Origin: Escherichia coli
GTDB lineage: Bacteria; Pseudomonadota; Gammaproteobacteria; Enterobacterales; Enterobacteriaceae
Reading direction: 5' to 3' (one strand)
Length of the DNA stretch: 51,502 nucleotides
Assembly (NCBI RefSeq): GCF_003334255.1
Contig: NZ_QOWU01000037.1
The notes under the pieces were generated by a model. The model was not told the origin of the DNA. It worked only from the letters and a program-made list of their open reading frames with translations, and searched no databases. Positions 1-11,506 of the stretch are shown piece after piece (the first letter of the stretch is position 1; each line of letters starts with the position of its first letter). The translations under genes were made by a program, and so were the position numbers.

Positions 1-208
1 ACGCGAGGCATCGTCTTAACGAGGCACCGAGGCGTCGCATTCTTCAGATGGTTCAACCCTTAAGTTAGCGCTTATGGGGATTTGCCCCCCCGGTAGAGTT
101 GCCCCTACTCCGGTTTTCGAGACCGGTCCAATCATCAAACGAAACATAAAATTAATTCACATTATGAGGAAAAGTATCTTTTTTGTACTTGTAAATTCAA
201 AGGCTTAG

Positions 209-1078
<870 letters not shown>

Positions 1079-1135
1079 GTCTTTAAGTGATAAGCATAAA
1101 CCGCAGCACGATCTTGCATACGACGTGCTACGGTT

Positions 1136-1690
1136 TCATTTATCTCCGACCGGAAACTTCTTATACAGTGTCGATATACCAACATCATAGATGATCGCCA
1201 CCTTCTGGCGAGGAACGCCTGATGCAATTAATCGCCCGGCCTGCGCCCATTGTTCTGGTGTAAGTTTGGGACGACGTCCACCAATTCGTCCCTGTGCGCG
1301 AGCAGCCTCCAGTCCAGCTTTTGTTCGTTCAACAATCAGTTCTCGTTCCATTTCAGCCAGGGCCCCCATCACATGAAAGAAAAAACGCCCCATCGGTGTG
1401 CTGGTATCAATAGCATCCGTCAGGCTGCGAAAATTAACGCCACGTTCGCGCAACTCCTCAACCAGAATGACCAGATGCCGCATACTACGCCCCAGCCGCT
1501 CCAGCTTCCAGACAACCAGAGTGTCACCTGCCGATAATGTCCTGAGCAGTTTTTTCAGTCCCGGCCTTTCGGACTTTGTACCGCTTATCTTGTCTTCAAA
1601 AATCAGCTCGCATCCTGCACAGTTCAGCGCATTACGTTGTAGATCTGTGTTCTGGTCATTTGTTGACACACGTACATAGCCAATAAGCAT
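1136..1690 (-). CDS. pin: DNA invertase, Pin/Gin/Hin-family serine recombinase
   Basis: MLIGYVRVSTNDQNTDLQ...GRIGGRRPKL matches Pin of e14 by recall; start taken at internal ATG 1690 rather than ORF-track 1726. Confidence 0.9.
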   Translation of the reverse strand: MLIGYVRVSTNDQNTDLQRNALNCAGCELIFEDKISGTKSERPGLKKLLRTLSAGDTLVVWKLERLGRSMRHLVILVEELRERGVNFRSLTDAIDTSTPMGRFFFHVMGALAEMERELIVERTKAGLEAARAQGRIGGRRPKLTPEQWAQAGRLIASGVPRQKVAIIYDVGISTLYKKFPVGDK

Positions 1691-1716
1691 GGTAGATCTC
1701 CCTGACAAAAGCAGGA

Positions 1717-2130
1717 ATGATGCCATTTGCTTGTTATTTCTGCATTTTCATAAACGTTGGTTTGGGAGAAGCGGCAAGACGAAATGTGGGAACAGGGGAA
1801 AATCAGATACCGGACATGGCTTCATTTAGTGGGGTGAGGGATTATTACGGAAAACAACTTTTGCCAGGAGGGTTGATACTTCAGTGGCTGACGATTCCAT
1901 CAAGTGCAGCAGCCAACGCTGTAACACTGAATAATGGTAATTATCAGCTGTCAGGCTATAAATGGCCCCAGTCATTTGGTGTCCTGTTTGCTGTGTTTGC
2001 TACAAAAGTTTCTGGCTCGACTAACGAAGCATATGCAATCTCAGTTAATCGTCACTCTACCGATGTAATTGTCACCTGGAATGCCCGTAAGGCTGATGAT
2101 GTCCACATTTTAGGAATTGGGAAATTATGA
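1717..2130 (+). CDS. Alternative tail-fibre C-terminal variable segment (silent orientation; no independent start)
   Basis: ORF begins inside the inverted repeat, shares LGLGEA junction with expressed fibre, followed by its own tfa. Confidence 0.5.
   Translation: MMPFACYFCIFINVGLGEAARRNVGTGENQIPDMASFSGVRDYYGKQLLPGGLILQWLTIPSSAAANAVTLNNGNYQLSGYKWPQSFGVLFAVFATKVSGSTNEAYAISVNRHSTDVIVTWNARKADDVHILGIGKL
1752..1772. repeat. Left inversion crossover site (pix/gix-like inverted repeat)
   Basis: Inverted-repeat partner of 3460..3480, directly upstream of pin start. Confidence 0.55.
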
Positions 2131-2546
2131 AAATGAAATGGTCACCATCTGTTCAGGGATTTTTCTCTGAAAATAACAGCGATATTCCCGATGATGCTTT
2201 CGATATTGAAGATGCTCTTTATTATGAACTTATGAATGGTCAGAGTACGGGGAAAATTATTATCAATAACCCGGATAACTACCCTGTACTTACTGAATAT
2301 CCAGCGAAGACACAGGAACAGGAAATAGCTGAAGCGGAGGGAATGAAAAGTATACTTATTGAACAGGCCAACGAATACATGAACAGTAAGCAATGGCCTG
2401 GTAAAGCCGCTATTGGTCGTCTGAAAGGTGAGGAACTGGCGCAATATAATTTGTGGCTGGATTACCTGGACGCACTGGAACTGGTCGATACTTCCGGTGC
2501 GCCAGATATTGAATGGCCTACGCCTCCGGCAGTTCAGGCCAGATGA
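2127..2546 (+). CDS. Tail fibre assembly protein (Tfa, alternative orientation)
   Basis: 139 aa, Tfa-like; positioned after alternative fibre segment. Confidence 0.7.
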   Translation: MKMKWSPSVQGFFSENNSDIPDDAFDIEDALYYELMNGQSTGKIIINNPDNYPVLTEYPAKTQEQEIAEAEGMKSILIEQANEYMNSKQWPGKAAIGRLKGEELAQYNLWLDYLDALELVDTSGAPDIEWPTPPAVQAR

Positions 2547-2781
2547 CGTCCGGCGCGGTGCTGGTATCTGATTCCATCACCGCGTCGATATTACCAACAT
2601 CATATTCAGTCATTTCCGGTTCCGGTGGTGCTATAAACTCTCCGTCAGAATAGAACCAACCGACGCCTGCATCTATATGATCAATATTTATAATTTCGCA
2701 GTTAGAGAATAAATCACCCTCTCCATCCCAGATAATAATATTTTTCACCACGCCATGTTCAATCAGAGCAAAATTACTCAT
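2518..2781 (-). CDS. Tail fibre assembly protein (Tfa, expressed orientation)
   Basis: 87 aa; C-terminal [12 protein letters not shown] motif parallels [12 protein letters not shown] of the convergent tfa. Confidence 0.6.
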   Translation of the reverse strand: MSNFALIEHGVVKNIIIWDGEGDLFSNCEIINIDHIDAGVGWFYSDGEFIAPPEPEMTEYDVGNIDAVMESDTSTAPDVIWPELPEA

Positions 2782-3764
2782 CAGGCATACTCCTCAACAA
2801 TAACTATTCCCGGGGCACCGTCACCTCCCGATTGAGCCTCACTTCCGGCAGGTGCGCAGGCTCCGCCTCCGCCAGCACCAAAGCCCTCAGCTTTACCACC
2901 ACCACGTCCGCTGAATGATGAAGAACTTGCACCACCTATACCGCCTGAACCTAGTGGTGTATCCCCCCCGGTACCACCTGCAACAGCTTTAACAGAGATA
3001 ACCATTGCTCCTGGTGTTTTTGCACTACAGCGAAATGCTCTTAGTACAGTACCGGACGATGTCGGACTGGCACCCCATGAAATACCCTGAATATATGATG
3101 TGTTTGCAGATGCTCCCCCCGCGCCACCGCCTGTACCACCCGGTGCAGTTATCAGGGAACCGAAATAAGTTGTGCCACCTTCACTACCTGAATTTCTTCC
3201 GGCTCCCCCCCCTTTACCTGCAGCACCGATAATAACGTTGACTTCGAAATCATTATCAACCTCGAAAAATGCTTCAATAAATGCACCGCTCAATCCAGCT
3301 CCGGCTGTTGCCTGCTGATTTTCTGTTGTTTCAGGAACCCCACCGCCGCCGCCACCGCCACCAGAGGCAATGACCCTTATCTTTTTTGTCCCTGGTGTTG
3401 GGATATATTTTCCAGAGCTTTTAAAAATATTCGTGTTTAACAAACGACCAGAGAATCTGGCTTCTCCCAAACCAAGGTTTTCGAGAGCCGTTTGCACAGT
3501 GCCATCCGATTTGATATCGCCAAACGGATTCTTGCGGCTTAACAGCAGCGCACGAAGTGCGGTAAGCATCTGGTCATGCCGCCCTTTCTCCAGGCTGGCA
3601 CCGGAGGCCTCCACCACGCTACAAAGTTCTTCCTGCAACATGTCAAAGTAGTCATCATCCAGATCGGTGGCAGGTGTGCCGGTCTGGGGGTTACCACGGG
3701 TAAAACCGTTCTTACCCGCGCCGAACTTATCCTTCTGCGCGGTTTTCGTGTCTATACGATGCAT
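2781..3764 (-). CDS. Tail fibre protein (constant N-term 3481..3764 + variable Gly-rich C-term)
   Basis: [18 protein letters not shown]-terminus typical of Mu/P2-type fibres; poly-Gly tracts; ATGA overlap with tfa. Confidence 0.8.
   Translation of the reverse strand: MHRIDTKTAQKDKFGAGKNGFTRGNPQTGTPATDLDDDYFDMLQEELCSVVEASGASLEKGRHDQMLTALRALLLSRKNPFGDIKSDGTVQTALENLGLGEARFSGRLLNTNIFKSSGKYIPTPGTKKIRVIASGGGGGGGGVPETTENQQATAGAGLSGAFIEAFFEVDNDFEVNVIIGAAGKGGGAGRNSGSEGGTTYFGSLITAPGGTGGGAGGASANTSYIQGISWGASPTSSGTVLRAFRCSAKTPGAMVISVKAVAGGTGGDTPLGSGGIGGASSSSFSGRGGGKAEGFGAGGGGACAPAGSEAQSGGDGAPGIVIVEEYA
3460..3480. repeat. Right inversion crossover site (pix/gix-like inverted repeat)
   Basis: Lies inside tail-fibre CDS at the constant/variable junction (about aa 95). 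Confidence 0.55.
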
Positions 3765-3767
3765 GGA

Positions 3768-4352
3768 TTACTCCGGATATTTAAAAATTACGTAGGTATG
3801 CGAAGGGCAGAGTTTGTTAAGCACGCACTCGACAACGGTGTCGCCCCAGATACGCAGTGCGGAATCACAGGGATCGCCACATGTCATCCAGGTGGTGTTG
3901 GTGGCGGCTGGCATGTTGACCTGCCAGTAATACCGCCATTCCGGCGCATTCACTGCGTCAGTACAGGCCGATGAGCAGGTGAACGTGCTTTTATCGTATC
4001 GCGTGATAGTGGCGTCTGGTCTGCCCAGGGCAGCAAGCTGTGCAAGGTAAAAATCCTCATTGATGCCGCCCGCCAGATTAACCTTCGCATCCAGCCGTTG
4101 CTGACGCTGGCGAAGGGTCTGTGTCCCTGCGGGAATACATTCATCCGGCAGACCGCACAGACGCTCCCAGCGGTTTATCAGTTCAGTGGTGGTGCGCGGA
4201 TCCAGCTCCCGCATCAGGGCATCCGCACGCTGATGAACGCGGGTTAATGAAGGTGCCGCACCGGCAATCGCCGGATCGCTGGCTGACCATGCAGGACCGG
4301 GCGGCAACAGTGCCGATAACAGGCGGATGTAATCATCGTTTGTCACGTCCAT
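3768..4352 (-). CDS. Tail protein, YmfQ / Mu gp48-like
   Basis: 194 aa; position between baseplate J and tail fibre as in e14 ymfQ. Confidence 0.65.
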   Translation of the reverse strand: MDVTNDDYIRLLSALLPPGPAWSASDPAIAGAAPSLTRVHQRADALMRELDPRTTTELINRWERLCGLPDECIPAGTQTLRQRQQRLDAKVNLAGGINEDFYLAQLAALGRPDATITRYDKSTFTCSSACTDAVNAPEWRYYWQVNMPAATNTTWMTCGDPCDSALRIWGDTVVECVLNKLCPSHTYVIFKYPE

Positions 4353-5401
4353 GAAATCGTCCCCAGAACCGCCAGTTCATTTTTTGCAATGGAGATATTG
4401 TCCGCCGGGGCAAGCAACTGATGGCTGTATTCCCCGTTCGCACCGGAAATCGCCTCACTGATACGCGATACCTTCAGTTCTCCCTGAGGATAACCATCAC
4501 GCAGCAGGAACGAACGCAACTCTGCGGTGATGGCAGCCCGTATTTCCGGTGTGTCCGGCGTCACGCGGATATGAAAATCCACTTTATGCGCCACCGGCCT
4601 GAATACATACAAATCAGAGCCTGCCACCGGGGCCAGTGGCTCAATGTGTTGTCTTGCCGCCGTTTCCGTTGATTCTTCCGGAATGGGATTAATCAGGTCA
4701 CTGCTGGCAATCATCACACCGACAGTTCCCGTTCCCATCCAGTGACGGTATGTCCATGCGCGGGTAATGCCGGGCACTTCTTTAGCCCAGACGACATAGT
4801 CCACGTCAGCCCCGCCCTGCGGCGTCCAGTAATACCGCTCAATGATGCGGGCGCGCCACGTTTCCAGATCTTCAGTATCAAATCCGCCTGTCAGGGTGTC
4901 AGCCACACCGGAAGACGGCAGACCATTCACCGGCGTGACCAGGATTAATGACGTACCGTCGTCAGCGTTACCGACCGCGCCTGAACTTGAGCAGGCGATC
5001 GGCACGCGCAGGACACCACCGGAGCTGGTTGCATCGGCAGTTGCCGTGTACTGAACCAGGTCATCGCGCTGAATAACACTCCCGGCGGTCACCTTCAGGC
5101 CATCGCTGACACCTTCCCAGCGCATATACCCGCTGGCAGCCGTGGCCCCCTTGCGCGGACACCGTTTCATCGCAGCATGTCGCGCCAGCCAGGACTCATC
5201 GCACAGGTCAGGCAGCATGTTCATTGCCAGATAATCGATGTAACCGTAAACCGTATGCAGCGCCGCCGCATACACCTTTGCCCGCACGTCTTCATCCATG
5301 CGCCGGAGCGTGTCGCTGACGTCCAGCCTGGCGAATAAATCGTTACGGAGCATACTGATATTTTCTGCCAGCGTCGGGCGCTGAAATTCACTGTCCGCCA
5401 T
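4343..5401 (-). CDS. Baseplate J-like protein (Mu gp47-like)
   Basis: 352 aa; gene order within Mu-like baseplate module. Confidence 0.7.
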   Translation of the reverse strand: MADSEFQRPTLAENISMLRNDLFARLDVSDTLRRMDEDVRAKVYAAALHTVYGYIDYLAMNMLPDLCDESWLARHAAMKRCPRKGATAASGYMRWEGVSDGLKVTAGSVIQRDDLVQYTATADATSSGGVLRVPIACSSSGAVGNADDGTSLILVTPVNGLPSSGVADTLTGGFDTEDLETWRARIIERYYWTPQGGADVDYVVWAKEVPGITRAWTYRHWMGTGTVGVMIASSDLINPIPEESTETAARQHIEPLAPVAGSDLYVFRPVAHKVDFHIRVTPDTPEIRAAITAELRSFLLRDGYPQGELKVSRISEAISGANGEYSHQLLAPADNISIAKNELAVLGTISWT

Positions 5402-5816
5402 GCGTTATCGCACTCCACAGATCATCAAAAGAAATCATTACCGGTCCGTCACGACGCCAGAGAGTGATACTGTTACCCAGTTCATTAATCCCGGTGCGGC
5501 GGATATCCAGATCAATACGGGACACCACGCCATCATCAATCATCCATTGCAGGCATTCGCGGATATACCCCCTTACCGTCTGCACCAGCTGATTGGTCAG
5601 TTTGCTGCGCTGAAGCAGCCACAGTCGGGAGCCGTAACGGTCATTCTGTACCGCAGGCCAGGTATCCCCCCACCATCCCATCGGGACGTCGGCGTTGTCA
5701 TCAGGCTCCGCCCGCCGCCAGGTAAACAGGGAAATCACCACGGAGCGGGTCAGCGGATCCAGCGGTGCGCTGGCGCAGGTGCGTTTACCGTTCACCGTCA
5801 GCCACAGTTCCATCAT
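5388..5816 (-). CDS. Baseplate wedge protein (GPW/gp25-like, Mu gp46-like)
   Basis: 142 aa; size and position. Confidence 0.6.
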   Translation of the reverse strand: MMELWLTVNGKRTCASAPLDPLTRSVVISLFTWRRAEPDDNADVPMGWWGDTWPAVQNDRYGSRLWLLQRSKLTNQLVQTVRGYIRECLQWMIDDGVVSRIDLDIRRTGINELGNSITLWRRDGPVMISFDDLWSAITHGGQ

Positions 5817-6361
5817 GCCTCCATCGCTTTATCCGGTTTGTCGGTGTTACTGCCCTGACCGTTCTCTCTGTGACGATGCCCGTTATAGGCAAGCCGCATC
5901 GCTGACATGGTGGTGCCGCCGGAGTCGCACAGGTCTTTCACCTGTCCGGTCACTTCCAGGTCCATTTCAAAACGTGCTTCAGGTGCATTGCGAAACGTGA
6001 TCGTTTTACCTGCACCGTCCACCACGATCCCCTCCCGGGTCAGCGTCACGGACTGCCCCTGATCGTCATAGACAGCCACCTCGCCCGTCTGCAGCCCTTT
6101 CAGGCGGTAGCGACGGTCCGACACCGTAACAACCACCGCATGAGAACGGTCGCCATCCGGAAACAACACAACCGCTTCCGCACCGCTGTTTGCCCTTGCG
6201 GTAAAACCGTAGGGTTCAAGATGTTCAACCCCGGCTTTGGGTTCACCGGCAATCAGGGACACATCCACGGTCTGACATTTCGTGGCGGCACTGATGCTTT
6301 TCACCACGGCCCGCCCAATCAGGCCGAGGAGTTGTCGCTGCATGGCTTCAATCGTCCTCAT
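5813..6361 (-). CDS. Baseplate assembly/spike protein (gpV / Mu gp45-like)
   Basis: 182 aa; size and position. Confidence 0.6.
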   Translation of the reverse strand: MRTIEAMQRQLLGLIGRAVVKSISAATKCQTVDVSLIAGEPKAGVEHLEPYGFTARANSGAEAVVLFPDGDRSHAVVVTVSDRRYRLKGLQTGEVAVYDDQGQSVTLTREGIVVDGAGKTITFRNAPEARFEMDLEVTGQVKDLCDSGGTTMSAMRLAYNGHRHRENGQGSNTDKPDKAMEA

Positions 6362-7440
6362 CAGAACGGGTCCTCCTGTACTCTGGCTTTTTTCTTTTTC
6401 CGCGCGCCGGGGGCTTCGGGTTCAGGCAGATAAGCATCAGGCGGGCCGACACGGATTTCCGTCAGGGTGCCGTTCTGGTCCTGAGTAAACGTGACTTCCG
6501 AAACAAGCAGTTCGGTATTGTCGAAACCACAGACCGGATCAAAGACAATCACCCGCTGGTTGGGCTGCCACAGCGTACCGTTACCCTGTCGCCAGCCCTG
6601 CACCACATAGGTGGTTTCATCCGTCCGCGCCGCCCGTTGTCGGGCTTCAAAGTCCGCACGGGCAATACAACCTGCCCCCGTAGCCTGCCCTGTCTGCCTG
6701 ATATACATCGGACGGTAACGGGCAATAAATGCGTCCTCTGTGCGGGCCCGCAGCGCGGTGGTGGTGGCCTCACCGAAATCATCGTCGTTCCCGGCACGCT
6801 GCCCCGCCACCTGGTAAACAGAAAATCGCTCCCGGATACTCTTCTCCGTATCGCAGGAAAGGATGTTTTCCCCGAGTACCAGCGCGGTATGTGCCCGCGT
6901 TGAGCCAATACCGCCAATCACCAGCCTGCCGTGCGGGTCGTCGTAAGCCAGTGCCTGCTGCTGACCGAGTATTTTGTTGATTACCTCAATCACCGTTTCA
7001 CCGTGATCAGGCTGAACATCAGGAATAACACCCGACGGCGCACCGCTGTTCACCACCTCAATGCCGAAAGGCGCAGCAAGCGCCTGCGCAATCTGCACCA
7101 GCGAGCGTCCGTTAAACTGTGTCGGTTCGGCTGCACAGTCAATCAGGTCAGCCGTCAGACTACGTCCGGCAATACCGGTGCTGACCGAACGGGCATCGTA
7201 ACGAACGGGAGTCGCCTCCACCCAGCCGGTGATCACCAGCTCATCACCAATCAGCACTTCCACTTTTGAACCGTTTCTAATGCGCGGCTGAAGCGTGGTG
7301 ATACCCTCATCTCCCGGCCACTGGCGAGTGATCTCCACACTGAAATCCCGCGCCAGCCGTTCAATACCGGCACCGATGCGCACCGATGTCCAGCCATTCC
7401 ACTCCCGGCCATTTACCCGTAGCGTGACATTGTCGTTCAT
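6361..7440 (-). CDS. Baseplate hub protein (Mu gpP/gp44-like)
   Basis: 359 aa; size and position in module. Confidence 0.6.
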   Translation of the reverse strand: MNDNVTLRVNGREWNGWTSVRIGAGIERLARDFSVEITRQWPGDEGITTLQPRIRNGSKVEVLIGDELVITGWVEATPVRYDARSVSTGIAGRSLTADLIDCAAEPTQFNGRSLVQIAQALAAPFGIEVVNSGAPSGVIPDVQPDHGETVIEVINKILGQQQALAYDDPHGRLVIGGIGSTRAHTALVLGENILSCDTEKSIRERFSVYQVAGQRAGNDDDFGEATTTALRARTEDAFIARYRPMYIRQTGQATGAGCIARADFEARQRAARTDETTYVVQGWRQGNGTLWQPNQRVIVFDPVCGFDNTELLVSEVTFTQDQNGTLTEIRVGPPDAYLPEPEAPGARKKKKARVQEDPF

Positions 7441-8813
7441 TGCACTGGCACCTTCAGAGGGATCACCGGCACAAAGCCGGGATGCGTAATGGCATTACGC
7501 CGGATAATGTCCGCGTCACGCGCCGCGTTATCAAACCAGGTCGCCGCCAGCACCAGCGCGGGTAAAACCTCATCCGGTGTGCGCTGAATGATCCGTGCAG
7601 ACTGTTCAAGGCGCGTGTTGATATCCGCATTCAGATCTGCTTTCACCCGGCGCAGCGCCAGAAACAGCGCATCACTGGTTGTACGGGACAACTCCTTATC
7701 AATTGCCGTATTCAGTGTGTCGCGAATGTCAGTCAGTTCTTCCCACGTCGGCAGGTCAACCGTGTTTTTCACCGCCGGTGCATTGTTCAGTGCCGGATGC
7801 GTGACGGAAGGCCAGCCAGTGCTCTGCGCAGGTGTTGTTGCCTGCCCCACTGCGGAATTCTGCATCACCGCGGAAGTTGTTGGCGCAGGCAATCGGGTGA
7901 CGGCATACGCCGCTTCACTGATTGCGGTCGTACGAAGGGTGCTGGCAACCACATTACGCTGCTGCGTAGCCGTGGCGGTGGTTTTACTGTCCGTTTTCCA
8001 GACGCCGCGCGGTTGCAGATCGCTGCCGAGGCTGACACCGGAAAGCGTTTTGATCATGGTGACCAGGTCGCTGGCGTTACCATAAAGGCGTTTCCCGGTA
8101 CGCCACATTTTCTGCACCTGCTCAACGAGATTTTTGCCTGACGATGGTGGCGGCAGAAGTACCGAGATATCCCCCTGCAACAGCCTGGCAGCATCCGATA
8201 CGGCAGAATCCACCACTTTCATCGCATCAGAAACATACCCAAGCATTGTGCTGACATTACCAACGACGTCGTTCTGCACGAAATCCGCCACGCCATCGAT
8301 ACTGAAACCTCTGAAGCTGTCACTGATGCAGTCATCCAGTGCAGAACAGGATGACATCAGCGTCTGCGCCGTCGCCGCACCTGAAGTGGGGTAAGAGAGT
8401 TCTCCCGCTTCGACAAACTTCAGGTCAAAGCGGACAATACGCCCTTCACTCTTCGATGTGCTGACCCGAACTTCTCCGTCAACACAGACTTTCAGCTCAC
8501 CGTATGTCGGATGGACAAGCGTGCCGGGACCGGGTTTATTCAGCGCGTCAATCAGGCGATCGCGCTGGTCAAAGCAGTCATCTCCCACCACATAAGCCGT
8601 GATGGACGGGCGAAAAGTGATTTTCCCCAGGTCTTCGGTATAGGGTTTGTCGCGGTTCGGGTATTCATGTGTTTCCACACGGCGACCGGTTCCCGCACTT
8701 TCTTCTTCAACCTTAAACGGCACGCCGCGAAATGACGCGTCCTGAAGTCTGTCACGCCAGCCTGAAGACGACGAAAGTAATGAAGGTCGGGTGGGAAATG
8801 AGGATAAATCCAT
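7437..8813 (-). CDS. DNA circulation protein (Mu gpN-like)
   Basis: 458 aa immediately downstream of tape measure. Confidence 0.6.
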   Translation of the reverse strand: MDLSSFPTRPSLLSSSSGWRDRLQDASFRGVPFKVEEESAGTGRRVETHEYPNRDKPYTEDLGKITFRPSITAYVVGDDCFDQRDRLIDALNKPGPGTLVHPTYGELKVCVDGEVRVSTSKSEGRIVRFDLKFVEAGELSYPTSGAATAQTLMSSCSALDDCISDSFRGFSIDGVADFVQNDVVGNVSTMLGYVSDAMKVVDSAVSDAARLLQGDISVLLPPPSSGKNLVEQVQKMWRTGKRLYGNASDLVTMIKTLSGVSLGSDLQPRGVWKTDSKTTATATQQRNVVASTLRTTAISEAAYAVTRLPAPTTSAVMQNSAVGQATTPAQSTGWPSVTHPALNNAPAVKNTVDLPTWEELTDIRDTLNTAIDKELSRTTSDALFLALRRVKADLNADINTRLEQSARIIQRTPDEVLPALVLAATWFDNAARDADIIRRNAITHPGFVPVIPLKVPVQ

Positions 8814-8837
8814 AGACTGACCTCAAAAAGGACTGCG

Positions 8838-10745
8838 TTATCGTGGAAAACGAAAAGGGGAATACCCCACATCGTGCGTGATTTTCATCAGGGGATCGGC
8901 TTTGCCCGGTACATCAATTATCTTCATACCTGGCGGAGCATTCTCGAACGTGACTTTCAGCTCGCTGTGCTGTGTCATGGAAGAAGATGGATTCAACAGC
9001 GGAACATTGGGTTTGTACTGACTCAGGCTGGCCTGATACTGCTCGTACTCTTTACGATCAAAAAAAGGCGTCCAGTCTGAAGCCAGAAACAGCCCTTTAT
9101 TATCCAGCCAGTTAACCGTATCTTCAGGAACAACACTTTCCAGAGTATCTTTAACCGGCTCATACATCAGGGTTCCCAGAAAACCATATACCCCGGCCTT
9201 CCCGATAAAGCCGCGGCCTTTCCCCATCAATCCCGTTTCTGCCGATACCTTCCCCAGCGTACGCATCTCTCTGGTCACTGCGGTAATGGATTTGGTAACG
9301 TCAGCAACCCATTTGGTTGCCATAAACAGGGCAATCGCTTTCAGAACAGTTTCCCATCCCCCCATCGCCTGCGCCGTTTCATCCACCACGTGCCAGACTT
9401 TTTTTATGACAGGACCTACGGTTTCCCAGTTATCAATAATGAGGTAAGCGCCACCAACCAGAAGAGCAATCAGCCCCTTAGCAGGCGTCATATTCATCAC
9501 ACCGCCGAGAACTTTCATAATTCTGGACAAAGAGCCTGCAGCGGCTCCCACCGTCAGTAAGGCCAGACCGATTTTAGCAATGGTCTTAACGAGCTCCGGG
9601 TTTTCACGGACAAACGTTCTCACTTCCTCAAGGAGCGGTTTTACCGCTTCAAGACCATCATTAACCTCAGGAAGAAACGTTTCCCCCAGCGTGGAAGAAA
9701 TGGCATCAAGTTGATTTTGCAGAAGTAAAAGCTGGTTTTCCGTCGTCGCTGCCCTCGAAGCATATTCCTTCTGCATCGAACTGCCATACTGCTGGGAATC
9801 CGCAACCCGCCTGAAGTTGGTACGCAACAAATCAAGGTTAGTCAGCAGAGGTGCTATCGCGCCCAGAGACTCTTTCCCGAACAGGGCATTCAGCACAGCT
9901 GCCTGTTTTTCTTTGGGCACTTTAGCCATCGCATCCAGTACAGACAGCATGGTTCCCCGGGCATCTTTCTGCATATCAGCAGCTAATTTCTTCGGATTGA
10001 TCCGCAGAAAACGTAATGCCTGTTTCTGCGATTTTGTCGCGGAATTTCCCGCGGTCAGGGAAAGCATGAAGTTCTTGATCCCTGTGGCGGCAATTTCTGA
10101 CTCCACGCCCATCCCGGCAATGGTTGCCCCCATTGCCGCGATTTCGCCGGAAGCCACACCTGCAACACCACCTAAAGGACCAATACGCGTAACAATATCG
10201 GAGATTTTCTTCGCATTCGCCGGGCCGGTATTACCAAGGTAGTTGATTTTGTCAGCCAGCCCGGCCACTTCATCCTGCGTCATATTAAACGCAGTACGCC
10301 ACTGGGCCATCATCTGCCCGGACTCTTCAGCCGTGGTATCAAAGGCCACGCCCATCTTCACCGCATCAGTGGCAAACTGCATCAGTTCATCACGTGCAAT
10401 CCCGGCCTGACCGCCAGCCGCCACAATTTCCGCGATCCCGTCTGCAGACATGGGAAGCTCAGTAGACAAAGCGCGTACCTGCTCCGTCATGGCCTTAAAC
10501 GCATCCGGCGTATCCAGACCGTCTACCACTTTGCGGACATCAGCCATCTTCGATTCAAGGGTGATGGCTGATTTTACAGGGAGTGCCAGTGCCCCCATTA
10601 TTGCAGTACCCGCCCCGGCAGCGCCCAGAGCAAGGCTGGAGACTTCTTTCTGAAACCCCTTAAGCTGACGCTGCATACCTTTAAGCGGGCCGGACAGCCT
10701 GTCAACGGCGGTGATGATGGCTTTCAGCTGAAAATTATCAGCCAT
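8838..10745 (-). CDS. Tail tape measure protein
   Basis: 635 aa, Ala/Gly-rich helical protein with hydrophobic central segment; RBS gaggag upstream. Confidence 0.8.
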   Translation of the reverse strand: MADNFQLKAIITAVDRLSGPLKGMQRQLKGFQKEVSSLALGAAGAGTAIMGALALPVKSAITLESKMADVRKVVDGLDTPDAFKAMTEQVRALSTELPMSADGIAEIVAAGGQAGIARDELMQFATDAVKMGVAFDTTAEESGQMMAQWRTAFNMTQDEVAGLADKINYLGNTGPANAKKISDIVTRIGPLGGVAGVASGEIAAMGATIAGMGVESEIAATGIKNFMLSLTAGNSATKSQKQALRFLRINPKKLAADMQKDARGTMLSVLDAMAKVPKEKQAAVLNALFGKESLGAIAPLLTNLDLLRTNFRRVADSQQYGSSMQKEYASRAATTENQLLLLQNQLDAISSTLGETFLPEVNDGLEAVKPLLEEVRTFVRENPELVKTIAKIGLALLTVGAAAGSLSRIMKVLGGVMNMTPAKGLIALLVGGAYLIIDNWETVGPVIKKVWHVVDETAQAMGGWETVLKAIALFMATKWVADVTKSITAVTREMRTLGKVSAETGLMGKGRGFIGKAGVYGFLGTLMYEPVKDTLESVVPEDTVNWLDNKGLFLASDWTPFFDRKEYEQYQASLSQYKPNVPLLNPSSSMTQHSELKVTFENAPPGMKIIDVPGKADPLMKITHDVGYSPFRFPR

Positions 10746-10829
10746 GCTTCATCTCCTCATTTATACGGACGGCCTCTGCCTCCAGATCAGCAAAGTGGGA
10801 AATAGCCGTCCGGCGAAGTTCAAGGGGGT

Positions 10830-11153
10830 TTAATTTCCAGAACCACGCGACATTGTAGAATCGCTTCCGGAGGTCTCTTCCGTCTCCAAGCCGGTAAAAA
10901 AACGCATTACAATCATGCCTGCCTTGAAAATATCCAGCTTCGTCATCTGCGCTGCAGACGAGCGCGGGATCCCGGCCAGAAGCGGGATATATTTCAGCGC
11001 TACCTGACTGTCCATTTTCATACCACCATCAGGTGAAACAGAGAAAGGGAACCCCAGCGCCTCAATCTCGTCATACGTAGGCTCACGTATTTCCAGCACA
11101 TGCAGTGTTTCTTTGTGGGCGATGATCGGTTTTTTAAGTACAAGCTCAATCAC
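10830..11153 (-). CDS. Tail assembly chaperone
   Basis: 107 aa between tail tube and tape measure. Confidence 0.5.
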   Translation of the reverse strand: MIELVLKKPIIAHKETLHVLEIREPTYDEIEALGFPFSVSPDGGMKMDSQVALKYIPLLAGIPRSSAAQMTKLDIFKAGMIVMRFFTGLETEETSGSDSTMSRGSGN

Positions 11154-11506
11154 TGGTAATCCCCTTCTTCACCGTGGAACTCAAGATCAACCGTGCCTTC
11201 TTCGGCATTATGGTTCGCTTCGCCGTGCAGCCAGGCAGACGACAGTACATAGACCTGACCGTTCGCCAGCTCGGCAGTGATGGTCATCTCATCAGACGAG
11301 GTGATTTTGCTCACCGGAAAATTCTTCGGCACCTTGAAGGTCCCTTTGACATAGGGCGCACGGTGAGTTTCCTTGCGGTCCACTGAACCGTCCAGGCCGA
11401 TGATGTCATCATTGACCGTCCTGTTCATGGGCACCTCAATGCCGCCGGTCAGCGATAGCTGCTGACCGTCAATTTTGAAATAACAGGTTCCCCCGATACG
11501 GGCCAT
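11150..11506 (-). CDS. Tail tube protein (Mu gpM-like)
   Basis: 118 aa directly after sheath gene. Confidence 0.65.
   Translation of the reverse strand: MARIGGTCYFKIDGQQLSLTGGIEVPMNRTVNDDIIGLDGSVDRKETHRAPYVKGTFKVPKNFPVSKITSSDEMTITAELANGQVYVLSSAWLHGEANHNAEEGTVDLEFHGEEGDYQ

Larger units (their letters stand above)
1752..3480. mobile_element. Invertible tail-fibre segment (P/G-segment-like) bounded by 21-bp inverted repeats
   Basis: aaacgttggtttgggagaagc at 1752..1772 and its reverse complement (1 mismatch) at 3460..3480; both encode LGLGEA in the two alternative fibre frames. Confidence 0.6.

Noticed and set aside
1191-1679. Three plus-strand ORFs (61-95 aa) inside pin
   Set aside because: Antisense to the well-supported invertase gene; no start signals; shadow ORFs
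2860-3360. Runs of GGN codons (poly-Gly) in tail fibre, possible simple-sequence repeat element
   Set aside because: In-frame glycine-rich collagen-like tracts typical of tail fibres; coding low complexity rather than a DNA repeat element
8552-8872. 106-aa ORF overlapping the DNA circulation gene and tape-measure start
   Set aside because: Out-of-frame overlap with two supported structural genes; no independent signals
10746-11153. Programmed frameshift extension of the tail assembly chaperone
   Set aside because: Looked for a slippery heptamer and an overlapping extension frame before the tape measure gene; could not identify one convincingly by eye
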